The notes: generated by a model from the letters alone, not told the origin. DNA of 64,000 bases from an uncultured marine group I thaumarchaeote (GCA_902514275.1 CABXQD010000002.1:28587-92586); one strand, 5' to 3'. Shown: positions 1 through 9,671, counted from the stretch's first letter. Made by a program: numbers and translations.

Positions 1-158
1 AAATGTTTAGACTTTCAGCAAAAATATTAGATTCAGAAAAAGATGCAGATTTTGCAATTAAAGAACTCCTACCAACACTGACAACAGATGGAATGAATGA
101 AACGTTAGAGATAATTTTGCACGATTATGAAAAATTCAAAAAAGAGGAAAAACAATGA
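1..158 (+). CDS. 3' end of upstream gene, probably Mre11 nuclease (partial)
   Basis: Open frame ...MFRLSAKILDSEKDADFAIKELLPTL...EEKQ* ends in TGA 156-158, overlapping the rad50 ATG (ATGA). Identity inferred only from the usual mre11-rad50 order. Confidence 0.55.
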   Translation, partial: MFRLSAKILDSEKDADFAIKELLPTLTTDGMNETLEIILHDYEKFKKEEKQ

Positions 159-2224
159 TCACTTCAATTGAATTAGGAGATTTTCTAGCACATTCAGAAA
201 CAAAATTAGAGTTTGAAAAAGGAGTAACAATTTTTGTAGGAGAAAACGGTGCAGGGAAATCAAGCATCATAGATGGAATTACGTTTTCATTATTTGGACA
301 ACATACAAGAAAATCAAACAAAGGATTGATTAAAAGAGGTTCAAACCAGGGTTATTCAAAAATAGAATTTTCAATAAATGGTAAACAGTATGAAACAGTA
401 AGAAAAATTGATAGTAAGGGAGGCTTAGTTGCAACGTTTTCTGAAATAACTAAGGAGGGCAGAGTAGAAATCGCAGCAGGAGAGAGAAAACAATTTGGAG
501 AATCAATGACAGAACAAGTAGAAAAAACAATAGGTATGGGTTTTGAGAAATTAAAAATAGCATCAATTGTTCAACAAGGTGAATTAAATTCAATAATTAA
601 TGCAAAACCAAAAGAATTCAAAGAATTACTCAACGCCATAATTGGAATAGACAAGTTAGATGTGGCATCTGAATCCATGAAAAAAGTAACAAAGGAATTT
701 CGTGAAAAAATTAAAACAGATTTAGGATATGATGATACACATATTGAGATTTTAGAACGAGATCTTGAAAGATCACATCTGGAGATAAAAGAAGCAGAAC
801 CTGAAAAAAACCAACTAGAATTAAAGCAAAAACAGATTCACGAAGAATTAAAAAAATTACAAAAAGAATTAGAAATTGAAACACCAAAAGTTGACAAAAT
901 CAAGCAATTAGAATTACGAAAAGATGAGCTATTAAGATATGTTAAAGAAACAATGAAAGAGATTCAGCAAAAAATTAGTGAAAATGAGCGTAAAATACGT
1001 GATTGTGAAGGGTGTTTTGAGGAAATTAAACTAAAAGTTGATTTTGAGTCAAAAATCCAGAAAGTTGAAGAAGCAGAAGAGGACACATTAAGAAAAATTC
1101 AAGAAATGACAAGTCAAATTGCATCTTTAAAAGAAAAACAAATTCTTGCAGCAAAATTACAATTAAAAGATAACAAATGTCCAGTGTGTGATTCAATTGT
1201 AGAAAAATTAAATCCATTTTTTCAAGAAGAACATATCAAAGAAGAGATAATCAAATTACAAGAAAATATCAAACTAAAAGAAAAAGAACGAGATATGTAT
1301 ACTCAAAAGAAGAAAGAATTTTTGGAAAAAGTGCAAAAAACAAGAGATGCAGAAGCAACTCTTAGAGCACATTCAATAAACACAAAAAAAGAATTAATGG
1401 AAATTCAAAAAGAGACTCAGATTCAAAAAGTAAAATTACCAATGATGAACAATAATAATTTAACAGAAATATCACAAATTGATGATCATTCAAAAGTAAT
1501 TTTTGAAAATATTTTAAAATTAGAAGTGGATACAAAAGGATTCAGTGAGAAAGAATTTTTAAATCTTAAAAATGCAATATCAGAAAAACAAACCAGTTTA
1601 TCTCAAATGGATCAACAGATAGGAGGAATTTTAGAGAAGATAGATAAAGCCAAAAGACAAATAGAAACAATTGAAAAAGTGATTTTAGAACTTAAAATAG
1701 TAAAAAAATATGTTTCAAAATTAGATAAAGTTCAAACAAATATTTTTAGCAGAGATGGTTCTGTTGCAACAAGTTTAAGATCATGGGCATTAAATTCAAT
1801 TTCAGTTAAAGCTTCAGAATACCTATCATTTCTAAATACAAAAATTCAAAGAATTGCATTATCAGAAAAAGCCAGAGATGTATCAATTGCATGTTATTCA
1901 AAAACAGAGGTTTTAGAATTGGAATCACTTAGTGGAGGGGAAAAAGTAAGCGTGGCATTAGCATTGCGATTGGGAATGGCAAGTTTACTAGGCTCATCAA
2001 ACCTAAATCTAATGATACTTGATGAACCAACCACACATCTTGATGCTGAGAGGAAGAAATCATTGGTTAGAGTATTATCCCAATTAACAGAAATTTCAAA
2101 CTCACAAACACCAATGCAATTTTTAATCATCACTCACGATTCAGAAATTTTTGAAGATTCAAACGTTGAACAAATTTACAAATTTGAATCAAAAGAAGAA
2201 GGAAGTAAAGTTATTGCACTTTAA
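155..2224 (+). CDS. rad50: DNA double-strand break repair ATPase Rad50
   Basis: Walker A GENGAGKS, Q-loop VQQGE, central zinc hook CPVC within coiled coils, signature LSGGE, Walker B LDEPT, H-loop ITHD. Confidence 0.93.
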   Translation: MITSIELGDFLAHSETKLEFEKGVTIFVGENGAGKSSIIDGITFSLFGQHTRKSNKGLIKRGSNQGYSKIEFSINGKQYETVRKIDSKGGLVATFSEITKEGRVEIAAGERKQFGESMTEQVEKTIGMGFEKLKIASIVQQGELNSIINAKPKEFKELLNAIIGIDKLDVASESMKKVTKEFREKIKTDLGYDDTHIEILERDLERSHLEIKEAEPEKNQLELKQKQIHEELKKLQKELEIETPKVDKIKQLELRKDELLRYVKETMKEIQQKISENERKIRDCEGCFEEIKLKVDFESKIQKVEEAEEDTLRKIQEMTSQIASLKEKQILAAKLQLKDNKCPVCDSIVEKLNPFFQEEHIKEEIIKLQENIKLKEKERDMYTQKKKEFLEKVQKTRDAEATLRAHSINTKKELMEIQKETQIQKVKLPMMNNNNLTEISQIDDHSKVIFENILKLEVDTKGFSEKEFLNLKNAISEKQTSLSQMDQQIGGILEKIDKAKRQIETIEKVILELKIVKKYVSKLDKVQTNIFSRDGSVATSLRSWALNSISVKASEYLSFLNTKIQRIALSEKARDVSIACYSKTEVLELESLSGGEKVSVALALRLGMASLLGSSNLNLMILDEPTTHLDAERKKSLVRVLSQLTEISNSQTPMQFLIITHDSEIFEDSNVEQIYKFESKEEGSKVIAL

Positions 2225-2756
2225 GAGATAATTCAACTTGATTTAACATGAATTTTAGAAATATAGATAATGATTCCCCCTCATGTTTTGAATTCCATTC
2301 CTTTACTAGTTGATCATAAAACTTCCATTCAGATTCATCTTTTTGTAAATGAGGTACCATCATTTCTTTAAAGCCAATAAGATCCCAATCAGTAGGGCAC
2401 ATGATATCACTCATTTGAGATAATTTACCATTTTTCATTTCAAATGGATATGATTTGCATACACCTGGTTTGAAATCATTAACGTTACATCTAAAAACTT
2501 CATCATTTTCCTCAAGAAATTCACACGCATTATTATTTTGTTTCAAAGCAAGATCCACTAAACCCTCTTCAACTTTTATTCCCAATGAATAGTCTTTTGC
2601 ACCAATTAATTCTAAAAAAGTTTCAGGTTTACAATTCAAACCATTTGAAAGTCGATAAACATCATGAGCATTTACAAAAATAGTATATTCTTTACAGCAG
2701 TCAGTGTGACAATCAACACAAGGAAACTTTGGAGTTTTTTGATTAACAGACGACAT
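2211..2756 (-). CDS. YkgJ-family cysteine-cluster protein (CxxCxxxCC, putative Zn/Fe-S)
   Basis: CVDCHTDCC, CEFL, C-x7-P-x2-CKSYPF pattern. Confidence 0.8.
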   Translation of the reverse strand: MSSVNQKTPKFPCVDCHTDCCKEYTIFVNAHDVYRLSNGLNCKPETFLELIGAKDYSLGIKVEEGLVDLALKQNNNACEFLEENDEVFRCNVNDFKPGVCKSYPFEMKNGKLSQMSDIMCPTDWDLIGFKEMMVPHLQKDESEWKFYDQLVKEWNSKHEGESLSIFLKFMLNQVELSLKVQ

Positions 2757-2793
2757 GAACTACAAAATAAATTTCAGATATAATATACAAAAA

Positions 2794-3594
2794 TTATTCT
2801 ACAATAATTGTTCCTTGCATCCAAGTGTGAAGTAAACAATAGTATGGTACTTCACCAGTACTTTCTGGGGTCCATTCAAAAGTATCATCTGCACTCATTA
2901 TACCAGTATCAAATGTTCCACTAGGGGAAGGAGTAAATCCATCAACAGTGCCAGCAGTAAATGAATGCATGGCTGCAGTTGAATCAGAATTAATCATAGT
3001 TACTACATCACCTACACTTACTGTAACAATACTAGGAGTATAGCAATCTAATGATGCCTGACAGTCCATACTCATACCAGAATTATCTGCAGTTTTAATT
3101 TCAGTACTAGTTGGAGTTTGTGCAGAAACTGCAGGAGTTAAACTGAAAGCAGTTTCAATACCTTTAGGACCATAAATGTCATTACCGTGTCCCAGACCTT
3201 GAACAATTACTTTAATTTCAATTATAGAATCAGCTAATGTACTACTTTCATGTACAGGGTACTTTCCAGGGTGACGATGTGCTGCAGAATCTGAAAGAAT
3301 TGTATTTGAATTTTGATTTGCAAAGACATCGTAATTTACATGATCAACAATCTTTCCATCATCATCCATAAATTCAACTTCGAATACTAGTGAACCCCCA
3401 ACATTACTTGTACTAGTTAACAAGCTAGGATTAACTGAAAGTTTAGTTAGTTCTTCTTCAATTTGAGCAATATTATTTTCAGGAATTATAATTTCACGAG
3501 ATGCAGGTGTTTCATTTGGATCAGCAACAATTAGAGACAAAGAAATTGCAATTAAAACTCCAACGACTGCAATTACACCATATGTAAGATTCAT
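2794..3594 (-). CDS. Membrane-anchored blue (type 1) copper protein, C-terminal plastocyanin-like domain
   Basis: N-terminal hydrophobic helix; HSFTAG...YYCLLHTWMQG supplies His/Cys/His/Met ligands; His-rich middle domain (HVNYD, AHRHPG). ATG at 3594, 1 bp after the upstream stop, preferred to GTG 3603. Confidence 0.85.
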   Translation of the reverse strand: MNLTYGVIAVVGVLIAISLSLIVADPNETPASREIIIPENNIAQIEEELTKLSVNPSLLTSTSNVGGSLVFEVEFMDDDGKIVDHVNYDVFANQNSNTILSDSAAHRHPGKYPVHESSTLADSIIEIKVIVQGLGHGNDIYGPKGIETAFSLTPAVSAQTPTSTEIKTADNSGMSMDCQASLDCYTPSIVTVSVGDVVTMINSDSTAAMHSFTAGTVDGFTPSPSGTFDTGIMSADDTFEWTPESTGEVPYYCLLHTWMQGTIIVE

Positions 3595-3595
3595 T

Positions 3596-4084
3596 TCATC
3601 CACCTGTTAATTTAGCAAATTTTTCATTCTTACTTAAAGTTTCCATAAATTCAATATTTGATAATGCGACAACAGCAGATTCCACTACAGGTTCATCTGG
3701 ATCGTTTAGTGCTTTTTGTAAAGCCTCTTTTGCATCTTTATTTCCAACGACACCCAAAGCAATTGCAGCTTCGTGACGAACAAACATGCTAGGATCATTT
3801 AGAGTAGAATCAATAAGCGGAGGTATAGCAGCAGAGTAAGACATTTGGCCAAGTGAAAAAGCAGCTTCGTGACGAACTAGTTCATTATCATCATGTTTCA
3901 AAACTTTGGCAATATATGGAATTTTATCCTCACCACCAAAATCTACTAAAATGCAAGTAGCTCTTGTTCGAACTACATAATCAGAATGAGTTAAAAGAGA
4001 AACAAAATAATCAGTGTCATTATTTTCATATTTTGATTCCATTTCTGCAAAAAGGGCTAATCGTTCATCAGTTACTGCTTGCAA
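3596..4084 (-). CDS. HEAT-repeat (PBS lyase-type) protein with two HE motifs, deoxyhypusine hydroxylase-like
   Basis: Repeats ELVRHEAAFSLGQM and MFVRHEAAIALGVVG; HEAT fold is confident, function is inferred. Confidence 0.8.
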   Translation of the reverse strand: MQAVTDERLALFAEMESKYENNDTDYFVSLLTHSDYVVRTRATCILVDFGGEDKIPYIAKVLKHDDNELVRHEAAFSLGQMSYSAAIPPLIDSTLNDPSMFVRHEAAIALGVVGNKDAKEALQKALNDPDEPVVESAVVALSNIEFMETLSKNEKFAKLTGG

Positions 4085-4183
4085 TTTACTGTAAAAATTT
4101 CTGAGTTCTATATTAGCCTACTTAAGAAAAAATTAATGATTTCTAGAGGTATGTATTTATCGTAAAAAAATTAACTTGTTCAT

Positions 4184-4849
4184 ATGGGCGTAAAGATAGG
4201 TGAAAAAGCACCAAACTTTGGAGTTTCAGATTGGGTGCAAGGGGCTCCAACAAATTTTGATCAAGAAAAAGATCACATTGTATTATTAGAAGTATTTCAA
4301 GTAAATTGTCCAGGATGTTTTATGGGTGCAATTCCAGATGCAATTAAAATTTATGAAAAATATAAGGATGATGGGGTAAGGGTATTGGGTCTTGCAACAG
4401 CATTTGAAGATTTTGATAAAAATAATTTAGATAATTTGAAAATGCTTGTCGAAACAGGGGAAGTTGTCGGTGAAACAAAAAGTGCATTGGCACAATATGG
4501 TCAATTACAAGAAGGAAGTAAATTATCTTTTAAAATTCCATTTCCAGTAGGAATGGATAATTTAACAAAAAGTTCAGGGGAAATAACTCAAGAAAAAATA
4601 TTAGAATTTATCTATCCACAAATACCAGAGTTTGATTCACAACCAGAAGATTATAGAAATCAAATAATTCAAAGGGTCAAAGATCATATGAAATCAAAAG
4701 AATATTCTGCTGAAACATTTGAAAACTTTTCACTGCAAGGTACACCATCAGCAATCCTAGTAGATAGAAAAGGAATTCTAAGAGATGTATCATTTGGTCA
4801 AACAGGGCATATTGATGGAATGATTCAACAATTACTTAGTGAAGATTAA
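4184..4849 (+). CDS. Thioredoxin-fold protein (TlpA/AhpC-TSA-like)
   Basis: IGEKAPNF N-terminus, FQVNCPGC redox motif, GTPS cis-Pro loop, LVDRKG. Confidence 0.8.
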   Translation: MGVKIGEKAPNFGVSDWVQGAPTNFDQEKDHIVLLEVFQVNCPGCFMGAIPDAIKIYEKYKDDGVRVLGLATAFEDFDKNNLDNLKMLVETGEVVGETKSALAQYGQLQEGSKLSFKIPFPVGMDNLTKSSGEITQEKILEFIYPQIPEFDSQPEDYRNQIIQRVKDHMKSKEYSAETFENFSLQGTPSAILVDRKGILRDVSFGQTGHIDGMIQQLLSED

Positions 4850-4850
4850 G

Positions 4851-5438
4851 TTAATTTTTATTTTTTAGAAATTTACTTACAGCAAAAACAACAACTGTGA
4901 TTAGAATTCCACCTACTGCCAACCATAACAAATAGAAATTAGAAGAGTTTCCACCTACTTCTCCATCAGGAGGTAAGAAATCATTATCAAGGGTTTGAGG
5001 AATTTTATTTTCATCTGGAGTAATTTCAGACAAACCAATTAGATATTCACTACCAGTAATTGAAATTACATTAGAGCCAGAACCAGTAAAATTCATAGTT
5101 ATGAAATGAATTTTTTCATTAGATTGAATTTTTGGAAAAAATTCTTGATCATTTAAAATAAACATAAAGTTTCCATTCAATAAATTAGTAGGAATCATTA
5201 TTTCACCTAAATTATTTTCTAATCCACTTTCAACATAAAGAATTAGTTGTTGGTTATCTTTCTCAAAAGTATAATCAGTTAAATCAAAATTTGAAACTAA
5301 TTTTATTTCAAAAACATGTCCCGAAGTTTCAACATTAAGTCGATTAATGAATCCAGTTGCATCAGATAAAGGCATTTGTGCAAATGCAGGGGCAACTACA
5401 AAAAATAATACAATTGAAAGTACAAGAATTGATTTCAA
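4851..5438 (-). CDS. Secreted, C-terminally anchored surface protein
   Basis: Signal peptide ending APAFA, C-terminal TM helix followed by a basic tail (KFLKNKN). Confidence 0.75.
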   Translation of the reverse strand: MKSILVLSIVLFFVVAPAFAQMPLSDATGFINRLNVETSGHVFEIKLVSNFDLTDYTFEKDNQQLILYVESGLENNLGEIMIPTNLLNGNFMFILNDQEFFPKIQSNEKIHFITMNFTGSGSNVISITGSEYLIGLSEITPDENKIPQTLDNDFLPPDGEVGGNSSNFYLLWLAVGGILITVVVFAVSKFLKNKN

Positions 5439-5440
5439 TC

Positions 5441-5896
5441 TTATGCAGATTGTGGTACTCGTCTGTTTAATTCTTTATCCTGTGCAATTCTAGGATGTGA
5501 AGGATCTGCTAAAATAACTTCAAACCAATAGTGCTTTCCATCTTTGTAGATATAGTAAGAACCCAAAAGTTTCATGTTAGGATAACGTTCAAGAACTCTT
5601 CTTTCTGCAACAGTTTTCATATCATCATCAGCTTTAATTCTAGTAACACCAAGATGTTTTGGTCTTCTACCACCAGTAGGTCGTTGTTTTCTCATACCAC
5701 CAGTTCCAACTCGCATTCTGACAACAACAATACCCTGTTTTGCTTTGTAACCTAATCTTCTAGCCCTTTGTAACCTACTTGGTTTATCAATACGAGTAAT
5801 AGCATTTTGTTTACGCCATCCAATTACACGAGAACGTAATTCTGGAGCATTTTCTTTCCAGAGTCGAATCCATGTTTGATCTTGGTAACTAGGCAT
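5441..5896 (-). CDS. rpl15e: 50S ribosomal protein L15e
   Basis: RARRLGYKAKQG, GRRPK, VAERR, YWFEVILADPSHP. Confidence 0.97.
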   Translation of the reverse strand: MPSYQDQTWIRLWKENAPELRSRVIGWRKQNAITRIDKPSRLQRARRLGYKAKQGIVVVRMRVGTGGMRKQRPTGGRRPKHLGVTRIKADDDMKTVAERRVLERYPNMKLLGSYYIYKDGKHYWFEVILADPSHPRIAQDKELNRRVPQSA

Positions 5897-6043
5897 ATCA
5901 GGAATAATAAAAATCCCCTATAATAACTGATTTCAGAATATTGAAAAAATTAGTCTACATAAAATGAATTTAGTCACAAAATCAAGAAAATTTACAAAAT
6001 TGTAAGATATGAAAAGATCTAAGCAAATTAAGTAATCAAAATG

Positions 6044-6077
6044 TCTTTGAGATGATGATGCCTCATCAACTCAAAGA
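6044..6077. repeat. Intergenic inverted repeat / hairpin (14 bp paired, 1 mismatch, 4-nt loop)
   Basis: TCTTTGAG-A-TGATGA-TGCC-TCATCA-A-CTCAAAGA read directly. Confidence 0.8.
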
Positions 6078-6179
6078 TGCTTCCGCAGAAAACGCTATGA
6101 ATAAACTAAAGCAAAGAAGTTAAAAAAGATTCCTGAGCATAATTTCAGATTTTTATTGATCAAAATAAATTATCAATTT

Positions 6180-6836
6180 ATGATGTCTAAAAAGATAATA
6201 TTTTTTATAATATTAATCGGAAGTACAGGGGTTGTAACGACAGCATATGCAGAACCAAAAGTTTCCATCATTATGGAAAAAACAACATACACATATTGTG
6301 AGAAATTAGTATATTCTATCGAAGTTTCAGAAATAACAGGATCCCCAGCAATAATTCACATCAGAGATGCGGCAGGTGGAAAAAGTAGTGCAATTCCAAT
6401 TCCTATAGAAAAATTATCAAATCCAATTCCATCACTACATGCATTTGAAAAAGATATTTTTCCATTAGGGAAATATTTCATAGATGTAGAATATTTAGGA
6501 TTAGAAACTACAGTAGAATTTAATTTGATAGATTCAGATAACATGTGTATATCAGAAGCAATGCAACCAGTAGTAGTAAATTGGATTAATGGAGAATTTA
6601 ATGATGGAATGTTGATTAGTGGATTTCAAAATATTGTAGATAAAGAATTAATCACCATACCATTTGAATTAACAGAAAAAAATATTGATAAATTAAACAT
6701 TCCTGAATGGGTTAAGAGTGTTGGAAAAGGATGGATAATGGGAATAATATCAGATCAAATGTTTGTTCAAAATATTCAATATCTAATAGATGAAAATATT
6801 ATTTCATTTCCAATAGAAAGAGTGAATGAAATATGA
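6180..6836 (+). CDS. Secreted protein with thaumarchaeal IPxWVK C-terminal domain
   Basis: Signal peptide ending TAYA; IPEWVK...W..G.ISD..F...IQYLI motif common in nitrosopumilid surface proteins; ATG 6180 preferred. Confidence 0.7.
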   Translation: MMSKKIIFFIILIGSTGVVTTAYAEPKVSIIMEKTTYTYCEKLVYSIEVSEITGSPAIIHIRDAAGGKSSAIPIPIEKLSNPIPSLHAFEKDIFPLGKYFIDVEYLGLETTVEFNLIDSDNMCISEAMQPVVVNWINGEFNDGMLISGFQNIVDKELITIPFELTEKNIDKLNIPEWVKSVGKGWIMGIISDQMFVQNIQYLIDENIISFPIERVNEI

Positions 6837-7348
6837 ACAAGTATTCAATTATTGTATTTGCAGCAATCATAGTAATAATAATTCCATTTGCATATTCAGG
6901 ATTAAATATCATAGGAGTGAATCAATTAGAATACAAATGGAACGGTTCAGAAGAATTTTCATTTTTTTCAATGTCAAACAATGGTAATGTAGAATTTTGT
7001 AATCCAACTGCATTTTCTACAACTTTTGATAAATTTCAGATAACATCATTTTATGATGCAAAGAATATCGGGGATTATGAAATTGAAACAACAACAGTTG
7101 AGCCACATTCATCAATAGTGAAAAGAGGTAATTTTTCAACGGAAGAATTTCAGTCAACTCAGCATCTTTTCATGACATTAGATTACGAATTTGATGGAGG
7201 GGCAGTAAGAGTAGATCCTAACAAATTCATAGTATTAGTAACAATTCAAACCCCAATTATTGGAATAATTCCATATTCACACACAAATCAAATTTCAGGA
7301 TTTGAATTAGATCAAATTATGAAAAATGATGAATTGATTTGCAACTAA
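6833..7348 (+). CDS. Conserved hypothetical protein with N-terminal membrane anchor
   Basis: ATGA overlap with the upstream stop; N-terminal TM helix; 171 aa. Confidence 0.7.
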   Translation: MNKYSIIVFAAIIVIIIPFAYSGLNIIGVNQLEYKWNGSEEFSFFSMSNNGNVEFCNPTAFSTTFDKFQITSFYDAKNIGDYEIETTTVEPHSSIVKRGNFSTEEFQSTQHLFMTLDYEFDGGAVRVDPNKFIVLVTIQTPIIGIIPYSHTNQISGFELDQIMKNDELICN

Positions 7349-8556
7349 TTTTTATTTTTATGGGCTTTAGCAATAAGTGCTAAAACAATACCAACAATTC
7401 CAGCAATTACAAATGCAATTGTAAAACTAATTATCAATTCTTTACTTGTTCCAGGAGATTGTGAAGAGGATGAGACAGGAGTGGAGTCAAGGATACACAC
7501 ATTATTTTCAAGAACAGTGCCAGGACCACATCTTTCATCTAAGATACATACATCATTTTCAAGAACAGTGCCAGGACCACATTGATTGGTTATGTTTTCT
7601 TCAATAACTGGTGTTTCAATAACTGGTGTTTCAATAACTGGTGTTTCAATAACTGGTGTTTCAATATTATTAAATACAGATCCAATTATTTCTAGTTCTT
7701 CAGTTCCAGAAGGAACCTTGATACTCAAAGTTCTACTTTGACTAGTTTTTGTTTCTTCAGAAATGGTTTCGTCACCATCAGACAAAACAAAGAAAAGATC
7801 ATCAACATCATCATAAATAGAATCAAAGAAAGAGCGTTCAAATGTTACATCCAAAATTCCAGTTAAATCAGTTACATCTACTGAAAAAATTAAAGACATA
7901 GATTCAGTATCAGATTCAATTCCAATAACAGTCATTCCTTGCACTGTATATTCAACATCATATGAATTGTCATCAACATTCACAGCAATAGTCTGAATAG
8001 GTAAAGGAGGAATAATATTCACAGTCTTGATTACTTGGGGTTCTTCAATTACTTTTTCTTGTACAGGTTCAGGACTTTGAGGTTTTTCAAAACTATACAC
8101 CACAAATTCTATCCAAGGATAATCAGGTTCAATTATTCGATAGGTTCCGACATCTACTAATTCAACAGAAACAGATTGGCCAGGATGAAGTTCATTAACA
8201 ATTATCCTATTATCCTTATTAAAATCACAAATATTATCATCTTGTTGATTGTCAACAGTTGGAGCAATTCTTTCTCCTAGTTCACAAACTAAGTAATCAT
8301 CATAGTTTGCATTAGATTGATGAAATGAATTTGAAGAACCGCTTACAAATTTATGAGAAATTACATCATTATTGACAATTTTAACAAATGTTCCAAAATC
8401 GACAGAAAATAGCGATTCATCCAAATATCTAGGAGTATCTTGAAGATATGCATTTTCAAAAATATTCACAGTATGAGTTGTATCAGAATCTGTTTCAGCA
8501 TAAACTAGAGCAGTAGAAAGGACAGTAAAGAAGATCAATCCAATAGAGATTTTCAT
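7345..8556 (-). CDS. Surface protein: degenerate cupredoxin-like N-domain, beta domain, repeats, C-terminal TM anchor
   Basis: Signal peptide from MKISIGL (ATG 8556); IETPV x4; CGPGTVLEN.VC x2; C-terminal TM plus basic tail. Confidence 0.75.
   Translation of the reverse strand: MKISIGLIFFTVLSTALVYAETDSDTTHTVNIFENAYLQDTPRYLDESLFSVDFGTFVKIVNNDVISHKFVSGSSNSFHQSNANYDDYLVCELGERIAPTVDNQQDDNICDFNKDNRIIVNELHPGQSVSVELVDVGTYRIIEPDYPWIEFVVYSFEKPQSPEPVQEKVIEEPQVIKTVNIIPPLPIQTIAVNVDDNSYDVEYTVQGMTVIGIESDTESMSLIFSVDVTDLTGILDVTFERSFFDSIYDDVDDLFFVLSDGDETISEETKTSQSRTLSIKVPSGTEELEIIGSVFNNIETPVIETPVIETPVIETPVIEENITNQCGPGTVLENDVCILDERCGPGTVLENNVCILDSTPVSSSSQSPGTSKELIISFTIAFVIAGIVGIVLALIAKAHKNKN
7504..7582. repeat. 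Intragenic direct repeat, period 51 bp (CGPGTVLENxVCILD x2)
   Basis: attttcaagaacagtgccaggaccacat identical at 7504 and 7555. Confidence 0.9.
7601..7666. repeat. 15-bp tandem repeat x4 (IETPV linker)
   Basis: tcaataactggtgtt four times perfectly, plus a partial copy. Confidence 0.95.
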
Positions 8557-8738
8557 TAATGAATTAACATTTGGGAAATGTAGTAGTTTTTCAGATGATA
8601 AATTATGTATTTTTTTACTCTCTAACACAAATTTTAAACTCAAAAAATATGTTAAAAACAAAGAGCCGATAATTAATCACGTACAAGTCAATTTTTTTGA
8701 TTGTTTTTTAAAATTAGGCACAAAATAACAGATTAAAA

Positions 8739-9671
8739 TTAGATTACACCACGGAGAATTTGAATAATTTTCTCTCCAATAACGTTTGCAGCCAATGATT
8801 GAGCCTCTTTTGTTTGCGCACCAATATGAGGAGTAAGTATCACATTATCAAGTTCAGTCAACTTATGTCCAGTAGCAGGTTCTTCCTCAAATACATCCAA
8901 GGCTGCGCCGCCCAAATTTCCATTTTTAATTGCCTCATACAAAGCATCTTCATCAACAACACCACCTCTCGACGTATTGATAATTTTTGCAGTTTTTTTC
9001 ATAGTAGACATTTTTTCTGCATCTAAAAGATGATGAGTAGAATCCAATAAAGGAACATGAATAGAAACATAATCAGAACTTTGTAAGAGAGTATTCAAAT
9101 CAGCTTTCATTAAACCAACTTCTTTTGCAAATTCTTCATCAATTGGCATTACATCATATCCAATAATATTCATGTTTAAGGCACGTGCAAGTCTACCCAA
9201 TCTTTTTCCAATATTACCAAGTCCAATAATTCCCAAGTATTTACCACGAAGTTCAGTTCCCTTTAGTTCTTTTTTGAGCCATTTTCCATCACGGATTGCT
9301 CTATCACCTCTTGCAGTTTGTCTTGCCAAAGATAACATCAAACCTAAAACTAATTCTGCAACTGCATTCATTGCACCTTCTACAGCATTGATTACACGAA
9401 TATTTTTTGCCTTAGCAGCTTCTTGATCAACATTATCTAAACCAACACCAACACGTGCAATAATTTTACAACTATCAGCTTTGTCAATCATTTCTTTAGT
9501 AATTGTAGTTCTACTTCTTACAATGATAATATTAAAAGTGGAAATTTTTTCTAAAATTTGTTCTGGAGTAATTTCAGGTTCATAAGAAATTTTTAAACCA
9601 TTATCTGTTAAAATTTTTGTTAGAACTGGATCTACTTCATCACAAATTAGTACAGAATCTTCAAAACTCAT
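8739..9671 (-). CDS. serA: D-3-phosphoglycerate dehydrogenase (D-2-hydroxyacid dehydrogenase family, no ACT domain)
   Basis: RVGVGLDNVD, GLGNIG, NTSRGGVVDE, LDVFEEEP, TPHIGAQT. Confidence 0.85.
   Translation of the reverse strand: MSFEDSVLICDEVDPVLTKILTDNGLKISYEPEITPEQILEKISTFNIIIVRSRTTITKEMIDKADSCKIIARVGVGLDNVDQEAAKAKNIRVINAVEGAMNAVAELVLGLMLSLARQTARGDRAIRDGKWLKKELKGTELRGKYLGIIGLGNIGKRLGRLARALNMNIIGYDVMPIDEEFAKEVGLMKADLNTLLQSSDYVSIHVPLLDSTHHLLDAEKMSTMKKTAKIINTSRGGVVDEDALYEAIKNGNLGGAALDVFEEEPATGHKLTELDNVILTPHIGAQTKEAQSLAANVIGEKIIQILRGVI

Noticed and set aside
7601-7666. Short tandem repeats (also 15655-15726 and 63939-64000) as CRISPR arrays
   Set aside because: No spacers, unit lengths are multiples of 3, all lie in frame within CDSs, and no cas genes are present
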